From positions 78,678,001-78,742,000 of the forward strand of contig OX597814.1 in NCBI GenBank assembly GCA_951406725.2: a stretch of DNA of 64,000 bases. Direction: 5' to 3'. The position numbers were made by a program, and so were the translations under genes. The notes beneath the pieces were generated by a model. The model made no database searches, was not told where the DNA came from, and saw only the letters and a list, made by a program, of their open reading frames with translations. Origin of the DNA: Octopus vulgaris (taxonomy: Eukaryota). Positions within the stretch are counted from its first letter, which is position 1; every line of letters starts with the position of its first letter. Shown here one piece after another: positions 1 through 13,321 of this stretch.

Positions 1-116
1 TATCATTTCTTGATTACTGTCAGGCTACTGTTTCATGCCATAACTATGGAAGGACAAACAGGAAAGCAAACAAAATTAAAATGAGTTCGTGTGAGTTTGA
101 AAAGCAAAAAACGAGC

Positions 117-750
117 GTAGGTGCAGGTGTGGCTGTGTGGTAAGAAGCTTGTTTCCTAACCACATAGTTCTAAGTTCATTCCCACTGTGTGGCACCTGGG
201 GCAAGCGTCTTCTACTATAGCCTTAGGGTTGACCAAAGCCTTGTGAGAGGATTTGGTAGATGGAATCTGAAAGTAGCCTGTCATACATATATATGTGTGT
301 ATGTCTTTGTGTTAGTGTTTGTTCTATACCTATTTCTTTATTACCCACAAGGGGCTAAACATAGAAGGGACAAAGACAGACATAGGTATTAAGTCGATTA
401 CATCGACCCCAGTGCGTAACTGGTACTTAACTTATCGACCCCGAAAGGATGAAAGGCAAAGTCGACCTCGGCGGAGTTTGAACTCACAACGTAACGACAG
501 ATGAATTACGGCTATGCATTTCGCCCGGCGTGCTAACGTTTCTGCCAGCTCGCTGCCTTTTGTTTGTTCTATACCATTGCTTGACAACTGGTGTTGGTGT
601 GTTTGTGCCCCTGTAATGTAGTGGCTTGGCAAAAAGACCAAGCTTAAAGAAAAAGAAAAAAAAAGTTCTGGTGTCAATTCATGTGATTAAAAACTCTTCA
701 AGGCAGTGTCCCAGTATGGCCACAGTTTAATGATTGAAACAAGTAAATGA
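117..750 (+). mobile_element. tRNA-derived octopus SINE, family A (label used here), interrupted by a family B copy
   Basis: Head TGTGGCTGTGTGGTAAGAAGCTT with B-box-like AGTTCATTCCC, body GGCAAGCGTCTTCTACTATAGCC, tail ATTGAAACAAGTAAA; about 25 copies in the window. Confidence 0.85.
331..560 (-). mobile_element. Young tRNA-derived SINE, family B, with 15-bp TSD
   Basis: Minus strand GGCAGCGAGCTGGCAGAAACGTTAGC...GAGTTCAAACTCCGCCGAGGTCGACTTTGCCTTTCATCCTTTCGGGG; CpGs retained; TGTTTGTTCTATACC repeated at 316-330 and 561-575. Confidence 0.9.
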
Positions 751-1074
751 TAAGGGAAATAAACTGGAGAGGTATGTGGTATGAATTTAGACAACAAAGA
801 TGGAAAAAAGTATATGAATATATCATACAGGATGTATTCGTGATTCACTGGAACTAACTCCATTTTGAGAGAAGATAAACAATTACCTAGAGACAATAGC
901 AAATGAGAAAGGGAGATAATCTCAAGGCTTCAGCAACCAATCACATGAAAAACACTGCCATTGGCGAAAAAAATATCTTTCTTTTTTGTTCCTCTGGAGA
1001 CAAGAGGACAGTTGTGAATAAGTGTGTCTTCTGCCTCAATGAATGTCACAAACACAGTGTTGTTACATATATAA

Positions 1075-3185
1075 CACTGGTCTACAAGGTTTTTAGTGTT
1101 AAGGAAATAGACATCATTCCTATACAAAATTGGTCTCCTGAATCCAAATATAACCTTTTTGACCTATCAGATCTAGTTTTTAAGTTACTGAACATCCCTA
1201 TAGTCACTATGCATGTGTGTACATCCAGTACACAGTGTTCATTACCTTATTCTAATTCTAAGCTTTTTTTTTTTTCTTTTTCCATACTAAGCAACAGAAA
1301 ATAAGCAAGATGTCCTCTTCAAGAAAACGTGTTTTTTTATGTTTGTGGTGAATACACATTACCTTAAATTCAAAAAAAAACATCACTCATTTTGTTGAAA
1401 GAGAATATATGGCATATTCTAGGGTCAAGCTGAGAGATAAATATTGGACATAGTGTTTGCAAACGATGTACAGAACATTTGCAACAATGGACTAAAGGGA
1501 CAAGGAAAAGTATGAGGCTTGCTATACCAATGGTATGGCTGGAGCCCTATAATCACGTGGATGACTGCTATTTTTGTAACCTAAATTTGAAGGTCATTAA
1601 CCGGAAAAATCGACAAATACTTGTCTATCCTAATCTTGCCTCTGCTATTAGACCGGTTCCACACAGTGAAGAGCTTTCTGTTCTTGTCTTCAATGTCTTG
1701 CCTCAGATAACTTTACCCTCAACCAAAGAAGAGCCATCACATGAAGAAGACACTGAAGATCAAGACTTTTCAGTTGAGACTTTACCTAAGCTATTCTCCC
1801 AGGTAGAGTTGAATGATCTAGTTCGTGACTTGAACCTCCCCAAAAATTCTGCAGAAATGTTGGCTTCTTGACTGAAAGAGAAGAATCTTCAGAATCGGCA
1901 TGAAGAGTTCCTTTCTTTTTTTCACAAAAGAGGAAAAGCTGGTTTACTGCAGAGATGTCAGTGGGCTTCTTAATAAACTTGGCATTGAGGAATACAAAGC
2001 AGAGGAATGACGTCTTTTTAGACAGTGCTAAACATAGTTTAAAATGTGTACTGTTGCACAACAAAATTGTGTATGACTCTATTCCACTCGGCCACTCAAC
2101 AACTCTGAAGGAAAAATATGAAGAAATTAAGTTGGTCTTAGAAAAGATACTGTACCATGACCATAAATAGGTCATCTGTGTTGACTTAAAGATGGTGAAT
2201 TTTCTCAAGGGACAGCAATCTGGTTATACCAAATACCCATGCTTTCTTTGCATGTGGGACAGTAGAGACCAAGAAAACCACTATGTTAAGAAAGACTGGC
2301 CGCCTCGAATAAATATGGCTCCATGTAGAGCTGCCAATATATTGGAAGGCTTTAGCTGAGCAAGATGAGATCATTTTCTCCCCTTTGCACATCAAACTCA
2401 GATTCATCAAGCAATTCGTCAAAGCTCTTGATAAAAATGGGAAGTGCTTCAAGTATATTTGCAGTGTATTTCCAGACTTGACAACTGAAAAACTTAAAGC
2501 AGGGATTTTTGATGGACCACAGATCCATAAGCTCATGAAGGACACAAATTTCGTGAAAGTAATGAGCGAAAATGAAGCATCAGCTCAGCTAGCCTTTGCA
2601 GAAGTAATGCAAAATTTCCTTGGGAAACACAAAGGTGCAAACTATAAAGACCTTGTTACCAACTTGATATCAACTTTTTGTGATATTGGTGTGAATATGA
2701 GCATCAAAATGCATTATCTTTTTAGTCATCTTGATTGTTTTCCTGAAAATCTCGAAGTTGTTAGCTATGAACAAGGTGAATGATTCCATCAGGACATCAA
2801 AGAGATGGAAATTCAGTACCAAGGACGTTGGGATACTGTGATGATGGCAGACTATTGCTGGTGTTTAAAATGAGATACTCCTGTTGCTCAACATTCACGG
2901 TGTACAAAGAAGCACAAATTTATTCCTTGAATTTTCTGCCAAAAATCTTAACTAATGTGCACTTTCAATTTGGAATTTTTATTTTGTTTTGTGTTATGCT
3001 CTCTTAATTGATTCATACTATATGCCTTTTGTATGAATAAAATACTTACTCTATCAGGTTTAGTCTGAAAACTAGATCTGACAGAGAAACACTGAAGTTA
3101 TTTTTGAATTTAGCATGTAAAATCACTTAAGAATTCATTGAAATATTCAAGGCACCAAACAAAAAAAAATTTTAGTTGCCCAGTG
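1075..3185 (+). mobile_element. Chapaev3-type (CMC group) DNA transposon, both termini intact, transposase disabled
   Basis: Starts CACTGG (1075) and ends CCAGTG (3185); TAA on both sides (1072-1074, 3186-3188); subterminal inverted match TCAGATCTAGTTTT (~1167) / AAAACTAGATCTGA (~3068); transposase homology inside. Confidence 0.85.
1310..2930 (+). pseudogene. Chapaev3-like transposase pseudogene with frameshifts and stops
   Basis: Collinear motifs across ORF pieces: YVCGEY, PMVWLEPYNHVDDCYFC, YPNLASAIRPVPH, FLDSAKHSLKCVLLHN, ICVDLKMV, GYTKYPCFLCMWDSR, PLHIKLRFIKQFVKAL, MSIKMHYLFSHLDCFPENL, EQGE*FHQDI, YQGRW, MMADYCW. Confidence 0.85.
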
Positions 3186-3224
3186 TAATCTTTGTTGACA
3201 TAAAACATAAGACCAGAAATCATA

Positions 3225-3580
3225 TTGGTTTCAAATTTCATCACAAGAGCAGCAAGTTTGAGGGGGTAAATTGATTACCTTGACTCCAGTGTTCAACTGG
3301 TAGTTATTTCATCAATCCTGTGGTATTTGAACTCAGAACATAAAGATGGATAAAATACTGCAAAGCATTTTGCTCAGTGTGGTAACGATTCTGCCAGCTC
3401 GCTGTCTTACAATCAGAAATCATATTAACTTCAGTGCTTGACTGTTACTTATTTTAATGATTTCAAAAGGATAAAAAGTAAAGTGGCTTTGGTGGGATTC
3501 GAACTCAGAATGTAAAGACCCATAATGAATAACATATGGTATTTTGTCCAATGCTTGAATAATTTTGACAATTTGCAACT
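3225..3580 (-). mobile_element. Two decayed family B SINE copies in tandem
   Basis: TTTGAACTCAGAAC...CTGCCAGCTCGCTG and TTCGAACTCAGAATG match the 331-560 copy. Confidence 0.75.
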
Positions 3581-4870
3581 TCATTAATATTTTTTCGTTT
3601 TGTTATATATGTATATTTTCTAAACAACTTGCAGATGCAAGTGCTACCAGTTGAAAGTTCTGCATACTGGATGTTAGCAAACATATGAGGTCATCAGGAG
3701 AAAATGTGTGCCATTTCAGGGCTTTCCTCTTGACAGCATTATTGCACACCAGTCCCTCTCACTGAGATGATGCCCTGCTTGCTAGATCAAATGGTTACTG
3801 GGTTTCACTTAATATTCTTTGAAACCTAGAAATAATGATTTTTGTTTTTGGCATTAGGCCACACATTTTGGAAGAATGTACAAAATCAATTATGTTAACC
3901 CCAGTACTAGACTACTAGTTATTATGTGAACTTCAGCAGGATTTGTACACAGATCAACAAGGGATGAAAATAGATATGACAAGACTAACTGCCCTGTCAA
4001 TTTTGCCATACAATAAAATTTTAAGAAAGGAAATTTTGAAGGATATACACACACAAATTGTTTTAGTTAAAACAATTCTGAATTCCCATTCAAAGTTGTT
4101 TATTTTTAATTGAATTTCGGTTCAGTTTAAATTCCAATTCCAGATTACAAAAAAGTCAATGTGATCAGTTTTATCACAAACACACACACACATGCATGCG
4201 TGCGCGCACATGCACACACACACATCCATGCACGCACATCCATGCACACATGGATTTTTTTTTTTTGTCCCTACGTCATTCTTTTATCTGGTATTAGAGC
4301 AGCTATATGAAACAGTTTCAAAAAAATAATCAGCAGACTAGTTTCAATTCCACTGTTAAAATGTCTTCAGTTGTTCTGAAAATATCTTTAGGCAAATATT
4401 GGAATGCCATAATACCACATTCCATTTCTTCCTTCACTTCAGATATAATTTATAACTTATCAAAGCCTTTGGTTTCACTTCTCAAAGTTATCAAGACTAT
4501 TCAAACAGAAGCCATCTAGAAATAGGTTTTTCTCATTTTATTGACCTAATACTATCTTAGAACTTAATTTTTGTTTTTGCAGAAGAAGTGGAGCAGTGCC
4601 CATGACCTGGCAGGATTTTCCAGACAGTATTTATAGATGTGGTTGAATATCTGTAGGTGAATATCTTTAGGTAAAACATGGACAGAGAAGAATCTAAAAT
4701 TCTGGTGGAGGTGAAAGGATTGGATAATAAGTTTACTGTGAAGTAAGGCCTACAAAAAGATGATGAGCAGAGCTGTCTTAGCAGCACTGTAGGCCTCCAC
4801 CCAGCAAACCAATGAATTAAACCCTATAGTATTTACTTATTGACAGCAGGCTACAAGAGTGTAGTGGGTG

Positions 4871-4910
<40 letters not shown>

Positions 4911-4911
4911 T

Positions 4912-5305
4912 CTCTTACTCTTGTACTTGTTTCAGTCATTTTCCTTTTCTTCTTTCCTTTGTTTGTGGTTTTAGGTTTAATGTTCTTTCTTTAGTCGAGC
5001 AAATCGATGCCAGGACGTATATTCTTTGGAAGCCTAGTACTTATTCTATCGGTCTCTTTTGCCAAACTGCTAAGTTACGGGGATGTAAACACACCAGCAT
5101 CGGTTGTCAAGCAATACCGGGGGGAAAAATACAGACACACAAACATATATATATATACATATATATGACAGGCTTCTTTTAGTTTCCGTCTACCAGATCA
5201 CTCACAAGGCTTTGGTCGACCTGAAGTTATAGTAGAAGACACTTGTCCAAGGTACCACGCAGTGGAACAGAACCTGGAATCATGTGGGTGGTAAGCAAGC
5301 TTACT
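4912..5305 (-). mobile_element. Family A SINE, near full length
   Basis: Reverse complement of the family A head, body and tail, beside (TA)n at 4875-4909. Confidence 0.85.
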
Positions 5306-7006
5306 GAAAGACAAAATGGAATAAGCAGATCAAGAAGAGGCACATAGGACAGAGAGCCACTGATAGGGTAACAGGATGTATGACAAAAGAACACCGACAG
5401 ATTTATAAACTAAAAATAATATGAATAAAAACCAAAATGAAGATTGAATAAATAGTACATGTGTTTAGTTGGCAACCCCCACCCCAAATGACTATCTCTA
5501 TATATATATTGGAATATTATATGGGAGCCTTTAATTAAGAAAGAACATTAAACCTACAACCAAAAACAAAGGAAAGAAAAAAAGGAAAAGTAATGTCTAA
5601 GGTTCATAACTTCTAACACATAATTACCTTTAAGGACATAAAGGAGAAAATATAAGCATTATGCACCAAGTTTTAAGTGTAATAATTTAGCTAGAGGGTA
5701 TGAGCTCAATCCCTGGGTCAGTCAAGTGATATATAATTTGGTTGGAGCATAACAGACTAAATGCATCACGAATAGAAGAACATAACTAATAAGAACATCC
5801 CTTGCATGGACAACAGAGTGAGAACAATCTATTTCTATGGATTAATAAAGGGTTTAGTCACTACTTTTGAGAACATTTACTGCATATGACAAGCAAATAA
5901 AGAAAGCCAGAGGGCACAGTGGCTGAAATGCTGTGAGTGTAATGATCAAAATGAGAACACAAACCAGAATATACCAGTGTGTAATAACGATAAATTCCTA
6001 ATCTCAAAAGTCCAAACAAAAGTTTTCCAGTTAACTGAATGGCTTTCTTTTATATTCAGTTTAGAAGCTGGAATATTAGTGTGTGTAGGAACAGCAGTAG
6101 CACTATCCCCATGGACGTAAGCAGTACTCTAGTGTGGAAACCACTTGAGATTTGTAGAGTGTTAGTGTCTAATTAGAGCTCAAGTATTTCCTGATTCTAA
6201 AGAAGAATATCCAAGACATTGTTATGAAGGTTTGCTGATGTTGTGTGTGTGGATACAACTATGGAATGAAGAAATAAAATTTTAATTTCAAATTCACGCA
6301 AGTCAATATAAGAGCAGTGGATATTAATCAAGTGACTAACCTTGGCTTATGACTCAAAAATCTTTCAGTTTGTTAAACATTCTATGCTGAGAACGTAGTA
6401 GAAACAGATCGAGTATGTTATATTGTTGTTAATTAATTCTGATAATCTACACAATTAATTGGCTGTCATAAAAGCAATGACAAATGATGAAATATTTAAG
6501 GAAATTTATTCAGCACAGAAGTTCCACTTGAAGATATTGGTTTATCCTGTCACATTGAATCCATCCCTCTCCCCAACATTCTCACTGTTCTTCTTTCCAA
6601 TATTCCTCTTCCAACATCATCATCATCTTCATCATAATTATCACCACGCCACTTACCACCCACTTATCAGCCACCATTAGTTTTACATCCATTTACCATA
6701 ATAACTGATTTGCCAAAGCCAAAGTCTATCTGTATGCATGTACACTGACACACACACACACACACACACTTGCTGGCTTCCAGTCACTGTACTATGTTAT
6801 CAAGAGTTTAGATGATAATTTCACACTGATACTTTATTGGGGTGGAGGGAATGAAACACACACACTATATATTTATAAAGATATATATACACACATGTAT
6901 ACATGTACAATGATATATATATATCCTTACACTACATATATTCATAAATATACAAATACATATAAATACAGACACACATATATATACACATGCAGAAAAA
7001 ATACAG

Positions 7007-7042
<36 letters not shown>

Positions 7043-7048
7043 TTAGTT

Positions 7049-7086
<38 letters not shown>

Positions 7087-7099
7087 TAATAAGGACTGA

Positions 7100-7347
7100 G
7101 GTAGATGCTATATATGTTTGTAATACTTATTAATTCAGTTTTTAAAAAATTAACCACTCATTATCTCATAGCTTTGGGATATTGACGATATTTATTTTTA
7201 ATGATATTATAGGGTAAGTGTGAGATATTACAAGTGTGAGATGTTAATGATATTATAGGGTAGATGTGAGAGGGTGGATATGGTCAGTTTGAACATAAAA
7301 CAGATAGAATCTTCGGGCCAGATATGGTTGGTTTAAATGCTAAAGGG
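7100..7347. mobile_element. piggyBac-like MITE family 1, left end lost
   Basis: Ends AATGCTAAAGGG followed by TTAA; homologous to 10921-11140. Confidence 0.65.
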
Positions 7348-7394
7348 TTAAACATCCATCCAGTGTTTCATAAGTAATCTTGTGGGCTCCTAAG

Positions 7395-7593
7395 TGTTGG
7401 TGCCATGTAAAGAGCACCCATACCAGTGCTGTGTAAAAGCACCCAGTACACTCTGTAAAGAGGTTAGCATTATAAAAAGGCATCCAGCAGTAGAAACCAT
7501 ACAAAAACAGACATGCAACCTGAAGCCCTTCAAGCTGCTCAACTTCTATCAAACCCATGCCAGCATGGAAACGGATGTTAAATGAGGATGATG
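7395..7593 (+). mobile_element. Short retroposon fragment with RTE-type tail ending in (GAT)n
   Basis: AAGGCATCCAGCAGTAGAAAC...AACCCATGCCAGCATGGAAACGGATGTTAAATGAGGATGATGA; homologous to 49804-50290. Confidence 0.7.
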
Positions 7594-7957
7594 AATTTTG
7601 TGAGATATAAGTTGTGTTGGCAACAAACATATATAGCATCTATTTATGGTATCTATATATCTCAGATAGAAACAAAAACAGAAACACTTTATTACTATAA
7701 GAGTCATCTTATTTTCTGGTTCCTTCATTAACAATAATTATGAGCAAAGCTTTGTTGTTTTTAATGGGACTTTGATTGATACAATTGTCGATATGATAAA
7801 ACTTGCACAGCTGGCAACACGGGTCTTGTGATAAAATTACAGTTGTCAACCTTCAGTATGGAAGATTATAAAAGAAATAATACAAAATATAAACACTTTC
7901 TTTATACTTTCATTTAAATACCTTTGTTATGCACTTTCTGCAGAAATATATATAATA

Positions 7958-8172
7958 ATGGTTTCAAATTTTAGCCCAGGGCCAGTAGTTTTTGAAGAGA
8001 GAAGGAAGCAGATTAGACTGACACCAGTACTTGACTGGTATTTATTTTATCAACTCCAAAAAGGATGAAAGGCAAAGTTGATCTCAGTGGAATTTGAACT
8101 CAGAACATAAAGGCCAACAAAATTCCACTCAGCATTTTGCCTTGTGTGCAAACAGTTCTGCTTGCTACCTTA
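7958..8172 (-). mobile_element. Family B SINE
   Basis: GGATGAAAGGCAAAGTTGATCTCAGTGGAATTTGAACTCAGAAC. Confidence 0.8.
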
Positions 8173-8828
8173 GAGTTTAGGAACAAAAGTATTTATTGCT
8201 TTCTGTTTATCTTCTTTTATTTCTTTTATCTTTGTATCTTTTGCTTGTTTCAATCATTGGACTACAGCCATGTTTGTGCACCACCTTGAAGGGATTTTAG
8301 TTGAGCAAATCAAAACAAGTGCTTTTTTGATTAAGTCTGGTACTTTTTCTATCAGTCTCTTTCACTGAACCACAAAGTTTATGAGTACTAAATAAACCCA
8401 CACTGGTTGTCCAGGAGTGGGGGAGGGATAAACATAGACATAAGCAGGTGTTAAAAAAATAAACACATAAAAGTCTTCATTAAACTCGTGTAGGTATTCT
8501 CTCTCTATCTATCTATCTATGTTTATCTGTGTGCGTGTGTAACTAAAGTGACAAAGGACACTAATCAGCACCAGTATTCCTAGAAATAAGAGTCAAAACA
8601 ACTCAAAAGCCATGGAAAGCATTAACTTGATGACTGACAAGGGAGGCTCCTTACAGCAGTGGACATAGCCAGATCATTGATGATTTTGCATTTTAATGCT
8701 ACCACATTTTAATGCTCATCTGTGGCTCTCACCGTGCCTAGGGTTAAACTCAGTTCACCATGTCAGTTTATAAGATTTCTATGAAATCATACACTGATTT
8801 CATTAACACTGAAAGTGAAAATTATAAA

Positions 8829-9131
8829 TAATATGGGTCGCTTATTTGCAATTTTACAACCTAGAGGCAGAAATATAGATGTCACAAATGTGACAAAGGG
8901 CACTTAACAGTACCAGTACTGCTAGAAATAAGAGTCAAAACAACTCAATAGCCATGGAAAGTACTATCTTAATGACCAACAAGAGAGGTAAGCTCCCTAC
9001 AGCAGCGGACATAAGAGTTGTTTTGACTCTTATTTCTAGTAATACTGGTGCTGGTTAGTGCCCTTTGTCACTTTAGTGATGTATATATTTCTGCTTTAGG
9101 TTGTAAAATTGTGAATAAACCACCCATATTA
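8829..9131. repeat. Fold-back MITE-like inverted repeat, ~117-bp arms and ~65-bp spacer
   Basis: TAATATGGGT...CTAGAAATAAGAGTCAAAACAACTC pairs with GAGTTGTTTTGACTCTTATTTCTAG...ACCCATATTA; partial direct copy at 8543-8668. Confidence 0.85.
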
Positions 9132-9258
9132 CACACACACACACACACATCTCAAAACAGGAGAATGGGAAATTATTCACCATTACAAATATTTCAGTTG
9201 CTAATAGGAGTTACAAAATTGTACATGTAAGGGAAACAGGGAAGATATCTTCCATTAA

Positions 9259-9302
<44 letters not shown>

Positions 9303-9407
9303 ATAAATCTCTGAGCGAGGTATAAACAGTAACTGCTCTTTAATATAAGCGGGATCAGCCATCTGAATGTGGCTAGGGACAGGGCGGGGTGGTGGGGGTG
9401 TTACTGA

Positions 9408-9479
<72 letters not shown>

Positions 9480-9979
9480 AACCAGTAGACAGAGATAATA
9501 TATTTATTTTTTATTTTAAAACAAGTAGAATATAACTAAAGTCATGTTCTGTGTGTTTTGAGCACAAGTAGAGGTTCAAGGTAGTTTCAAAAAGGAAAGT
9601 GATCAATGGATTGATAGTATATATATAAGCTTTACAGAAATATAATATTTCTTGCCATTGATCTCATTTCTAAACTGCAACAGAAAGTAGAAATAAAGAA
9701 GCATCAGGATACAAGTTTATAAACTGGTTAAAAGAAAACAAAAAAAATATTGAAAAACCCAGGAAAATGATTTGTGAGCATATTGAAAAAAAACACTACT
9801 AAACCTACTACTACTACTACCCTAATTCTGTTTTCTATCTGAGTCAGTAGAAATGGTAACTTTCTGCCATTCTTGGCACATCTTTAACTCTGCTAATCAC
9901 AAATTTCTCAGCTTCAAGTTTAACACATTCTGAGATAATAGTAGAGCAAAATATCTCACAGAACCACACCATAAATAAT

Positions 9980-10197
9980 CCTTTCTACAATAGGCACAAG
10001 GCCTGAAATTTTGGGGGAGTACGAGAGGGGGCTAGTCAATTACATCAATTCCAGTACATAACTGGTACTTATTTTATTGTTCCTGCAAAAATATGAAAAA
10101 CAATGTTGACCTCAGCAGAATTAGAGCTCAGAATGTAAAGCTGGAAGCAATGCCACTTTGTCTTGTGTGCTAATGGCTCAGTTTGCTTGCTACCTTA
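9980..10197 (-). mobile_element. Family B SINE
   Basis: CCTTTCTACAATAGGCACAAGGCCTGAAATTTTGGGG tail and AACTGGTACTTATTTT core. Confidence 0.75.
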
Positions 10198-10238
10198 AAC
10201 TGCGCAATAAATGATAAAGTCAATGATGATAATTCTAC

Positions 10239-10475
10239 ATAGGTACAGGTGTGGCTGTGTAGGTTTGGGGTTCAGTCCCACTCCACAGCACCTTGGGTGT
10301 CTTGTACAATGAATTTGGCAAACATCTCTGTAACTTAGCAGTTTTGCAAAGAGACTGATAGAATAAATGCCAGACTTTAAAAAATAATATGTACTGGTGT
10401 TGATTTATTTGACTAAATCCTTTAAAGCAGTGGTCTAGCATGGCCACTGTCCAAAGACAGAAACAAGTGAAAGAT
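10239..10475 (+). mobile_element. Family A SINE, internally deleted
   Basis: Head GGTGTGGCTGTG...GGTTCAGTCCCACT joined to the 3' half GTAACTTAGCAG...GAAACAAGT. Confidence 0.75.
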
Positions 10476-10574
10476 CTAGACAAAATGATATATGGTCAAA
10501 CATTGAAGAAAACACCATAGCAGATAAATGCTTTGATAAGAGATACACCAATGAACACATTAATAATAATAATG

Positions 10575-10622
<48 letters not shown>

Positions 10623-10664
10623 TTAATAATAATGATGATTTAAAATTTTTGCCTCAGAATGGCC

Positions 10665-10703
<39 letters not shown>

Positions 10704-10920
10704 ATAACAGTGTTCCAGAATGGCCTAAGCTGTAATAACTAACACAAACCGAAGAACTATAAAGATAAAATCTAAAGAATACATAGTGATAGTTACATAC
10801 ACATATATTCATACATACATACACAAATATACACAGACATAAACACATATATATATATACATGCATGTGTGTGTATGCAAATTTCTGATAATCTTACGAT
10901 ACATTGGTGATAAGCTTTAA

Positions 10921-11140
10921 ACCTTTAGCATTCAGATTACTCAGGCAAATGTAATGCTTATTTATTCAAATTGTTTTGAATTAATTATGCATTATGTTGC
11001 GGCTGTGAGATTTTGATGATGTGATTATCTAGATGTAGAATGACATTGTAGGATTGGTGTGAGAGGTCAGATCTGGCTGGTTTCAGCATAAAACAGGTAG
11101 AATATCCTAGTCTGATACGGCTGGTTTAAATGCTAAAGGG
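10921..11140. mobile_element. piggyBac-like MITE family 1
   Basis: TTAA-ACCTTTAGCATT...AATGCTAAAGGG-TTTAA; short TIR, no ORF; further copies at 7100-7347 and 24780-24996. Confidence 0.75.
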
Positions 11141-13321
11141 TTTAATCTATGTTAGAAAAGAAATGAAAGTAAGATGAGAAAATTTGGTTGCTCAATTTTT
11201 ATACTGAAGGAATTTGGTACATCAGTTCACATCATTAAGTTCAGATACAATATTTTTATGACATATTGCAGTTATTTTATTTTTAGGTATGTATGAGTGT
11301 CTTTCATTTGTTACAAATAATGGCAGTAACATCAATTTGATGAAGAAATAATCCCCAACAGATTTTCTTACTCTGGCATAAGGTCATAATTCTGGAAAGA
11401 AGTGGTGGGAGAAGCCTATAGTTAATTGAATCAACCCCTAGTTACAATTTGTGATCATGACTATTGTGATTTGAACCTAAAACATAGATAGGTAAAATTA
11501 TTTAGAGATCTATAAATTCTGCAACTTCCACATCTGTACAATCAATAGTCTTCAATTTTGAATATTAAATATGAAGTGGATAGTCTTTTGAATGGATAGC
11601 AGCAAATGTTGTTTATGTTTACACGAGTCTCTTAGTTACTATACACAGCAAGGCTAGCTAGCTAGTTGGTTGGTTGGTTGGTAGTTGGAGTATTTGTTTA
11701 CTGCAAACAACCACTGCCTTAAACCGCTAATGTTTGGTAGTGGAATGAACCAATGTTATATCATGCCAGTGGATCTAGCGGGTGAAAACACTGCATCTTA
11801 AATGAATCGAAATAAATGAGTTTATAATATCAATCTGTGAAAAACAAACAAAACAAACTAATATAAAGTATAGAAATATTTTGGTATACAGTCTTAGAAG
11901 TGGTTCTCAAAATACACATAATTTCCTGCGTCACCTCAGTTCTCACCCACCCAATTCTCTCTCTTTCTCTCTCTTATCCTCCTCTTAATCATCATTTTCA
12001 TATTCATCATTTTACCATGATCAATGTCATTATTCTCATATTCATCATCATCAGCATCACCATCATCACCCCTTCCACTACAATATTCATATTAATCATT
12101 ACTATTATTATCATCATATCCATCATGAACACCAATGCCAGCATTGTCATTATCCTTATATACATAATTTTTTCCCCTCCAACTATTTGCCCACACTATA
12201 CCCCCACCTCTGTCCTCATTCTCCTCCTCACTACTGTTGCTGCTACAACTAATATTGCTACTAATACTACTGATACTAGTCAACATTGTACCTTTCCCCT
12301 TTAGTTATGCTGTACTGTACCTCACTATCAATCATCCTGTTGGCATGGGTTAGACAGGTCTGCCTGGTTCTGTTTGGCAGTACACCAGTAGACATGGAAA
12401 GGGAGACATAGAAATAAGTGTGGGTGGTTTTAAAACAGAGTGGTTAGCTATTTCGAGAAGTAGAGTGCAGTAAAGTAACTAAAGTTAAGAGCTGTTCTCT
12501 CTTTTATTTACTTATTTTCTTAGCTAGGCACCAGTAAGTTCAGGGGCTCACATACCTTGTCAACTAAAACAAATTTCACTTCATGGGTTAAGCACTGAGA
12601 AAGTTTCTATGCTAGACATAGCAACCAAATTTCCTTCAAACCATATCATACTGTTTTAAAGAAGAGAAGAACACAATAGATGTCATATAAGATATACTTC
12701 TACCTTTTACTAGTTTCAGTCATTGGGGCACGGCCTTGAATGGTTTAGTCAAACACCACCACCTGACAATTGGTGTTGGCCTGTTTATGTTTCCATAACT
12801 TAGTGGCTCAGCAAAGAGACAGATAGAATAAGGACCAGGCTTAAAAAATGTAAGTTCCAGGGTTGATCTGTTCAACTAAAATCCTTCAAGGCAGTGCCTC
12901 TGCATTACAATTTCAAACAGCATTTAATTTTAGTCAGAAGGAAGAAACAGTACTCATGGCCTTCAAAGGCTCTTCCAGATTGAGGACATTGACATAGTTA
13001 ATGTTAATTTTGAACATTTATAAGTCAATATTTGTAGGAGGAAATGTGTAAAGAAAGGAAGTGCAGAGAGTTGACATTTTGATGAGGAAAAAATTGGGTG
13101 AAGGTGATGGTGGTAATGAGTCACAGTATTGGGACTCACTGAATTTTCTGGCATTCAAGTGGAACCTTTCTGACCAACATTTGTGGTCAAACAAAGCAGG
13201 TTGACTTATGCATGAGAACAAGATAATAAAACCACCATGTGAAATGTAGCAGGATTTGGAAAGACAATGACGAAATTAAATGTTTACACAACATGTTTAC
13301 ACAACATGTTTACATTATATA

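Noticed and set aside
903-1304. 133-aa ORF
   Set aside because: Crosses the transposon boundary at 1075, so it is a chance fusion.
5340-6000. Possible Penelope-like remnant
   Set aside because: Only faint terminal motifs; too decayed to classify.
11900-12304. 134-aa hydrophobic ORF
   Set aside because: Degenerate (CAT)n/(TAC)n sequence with a GTG start.
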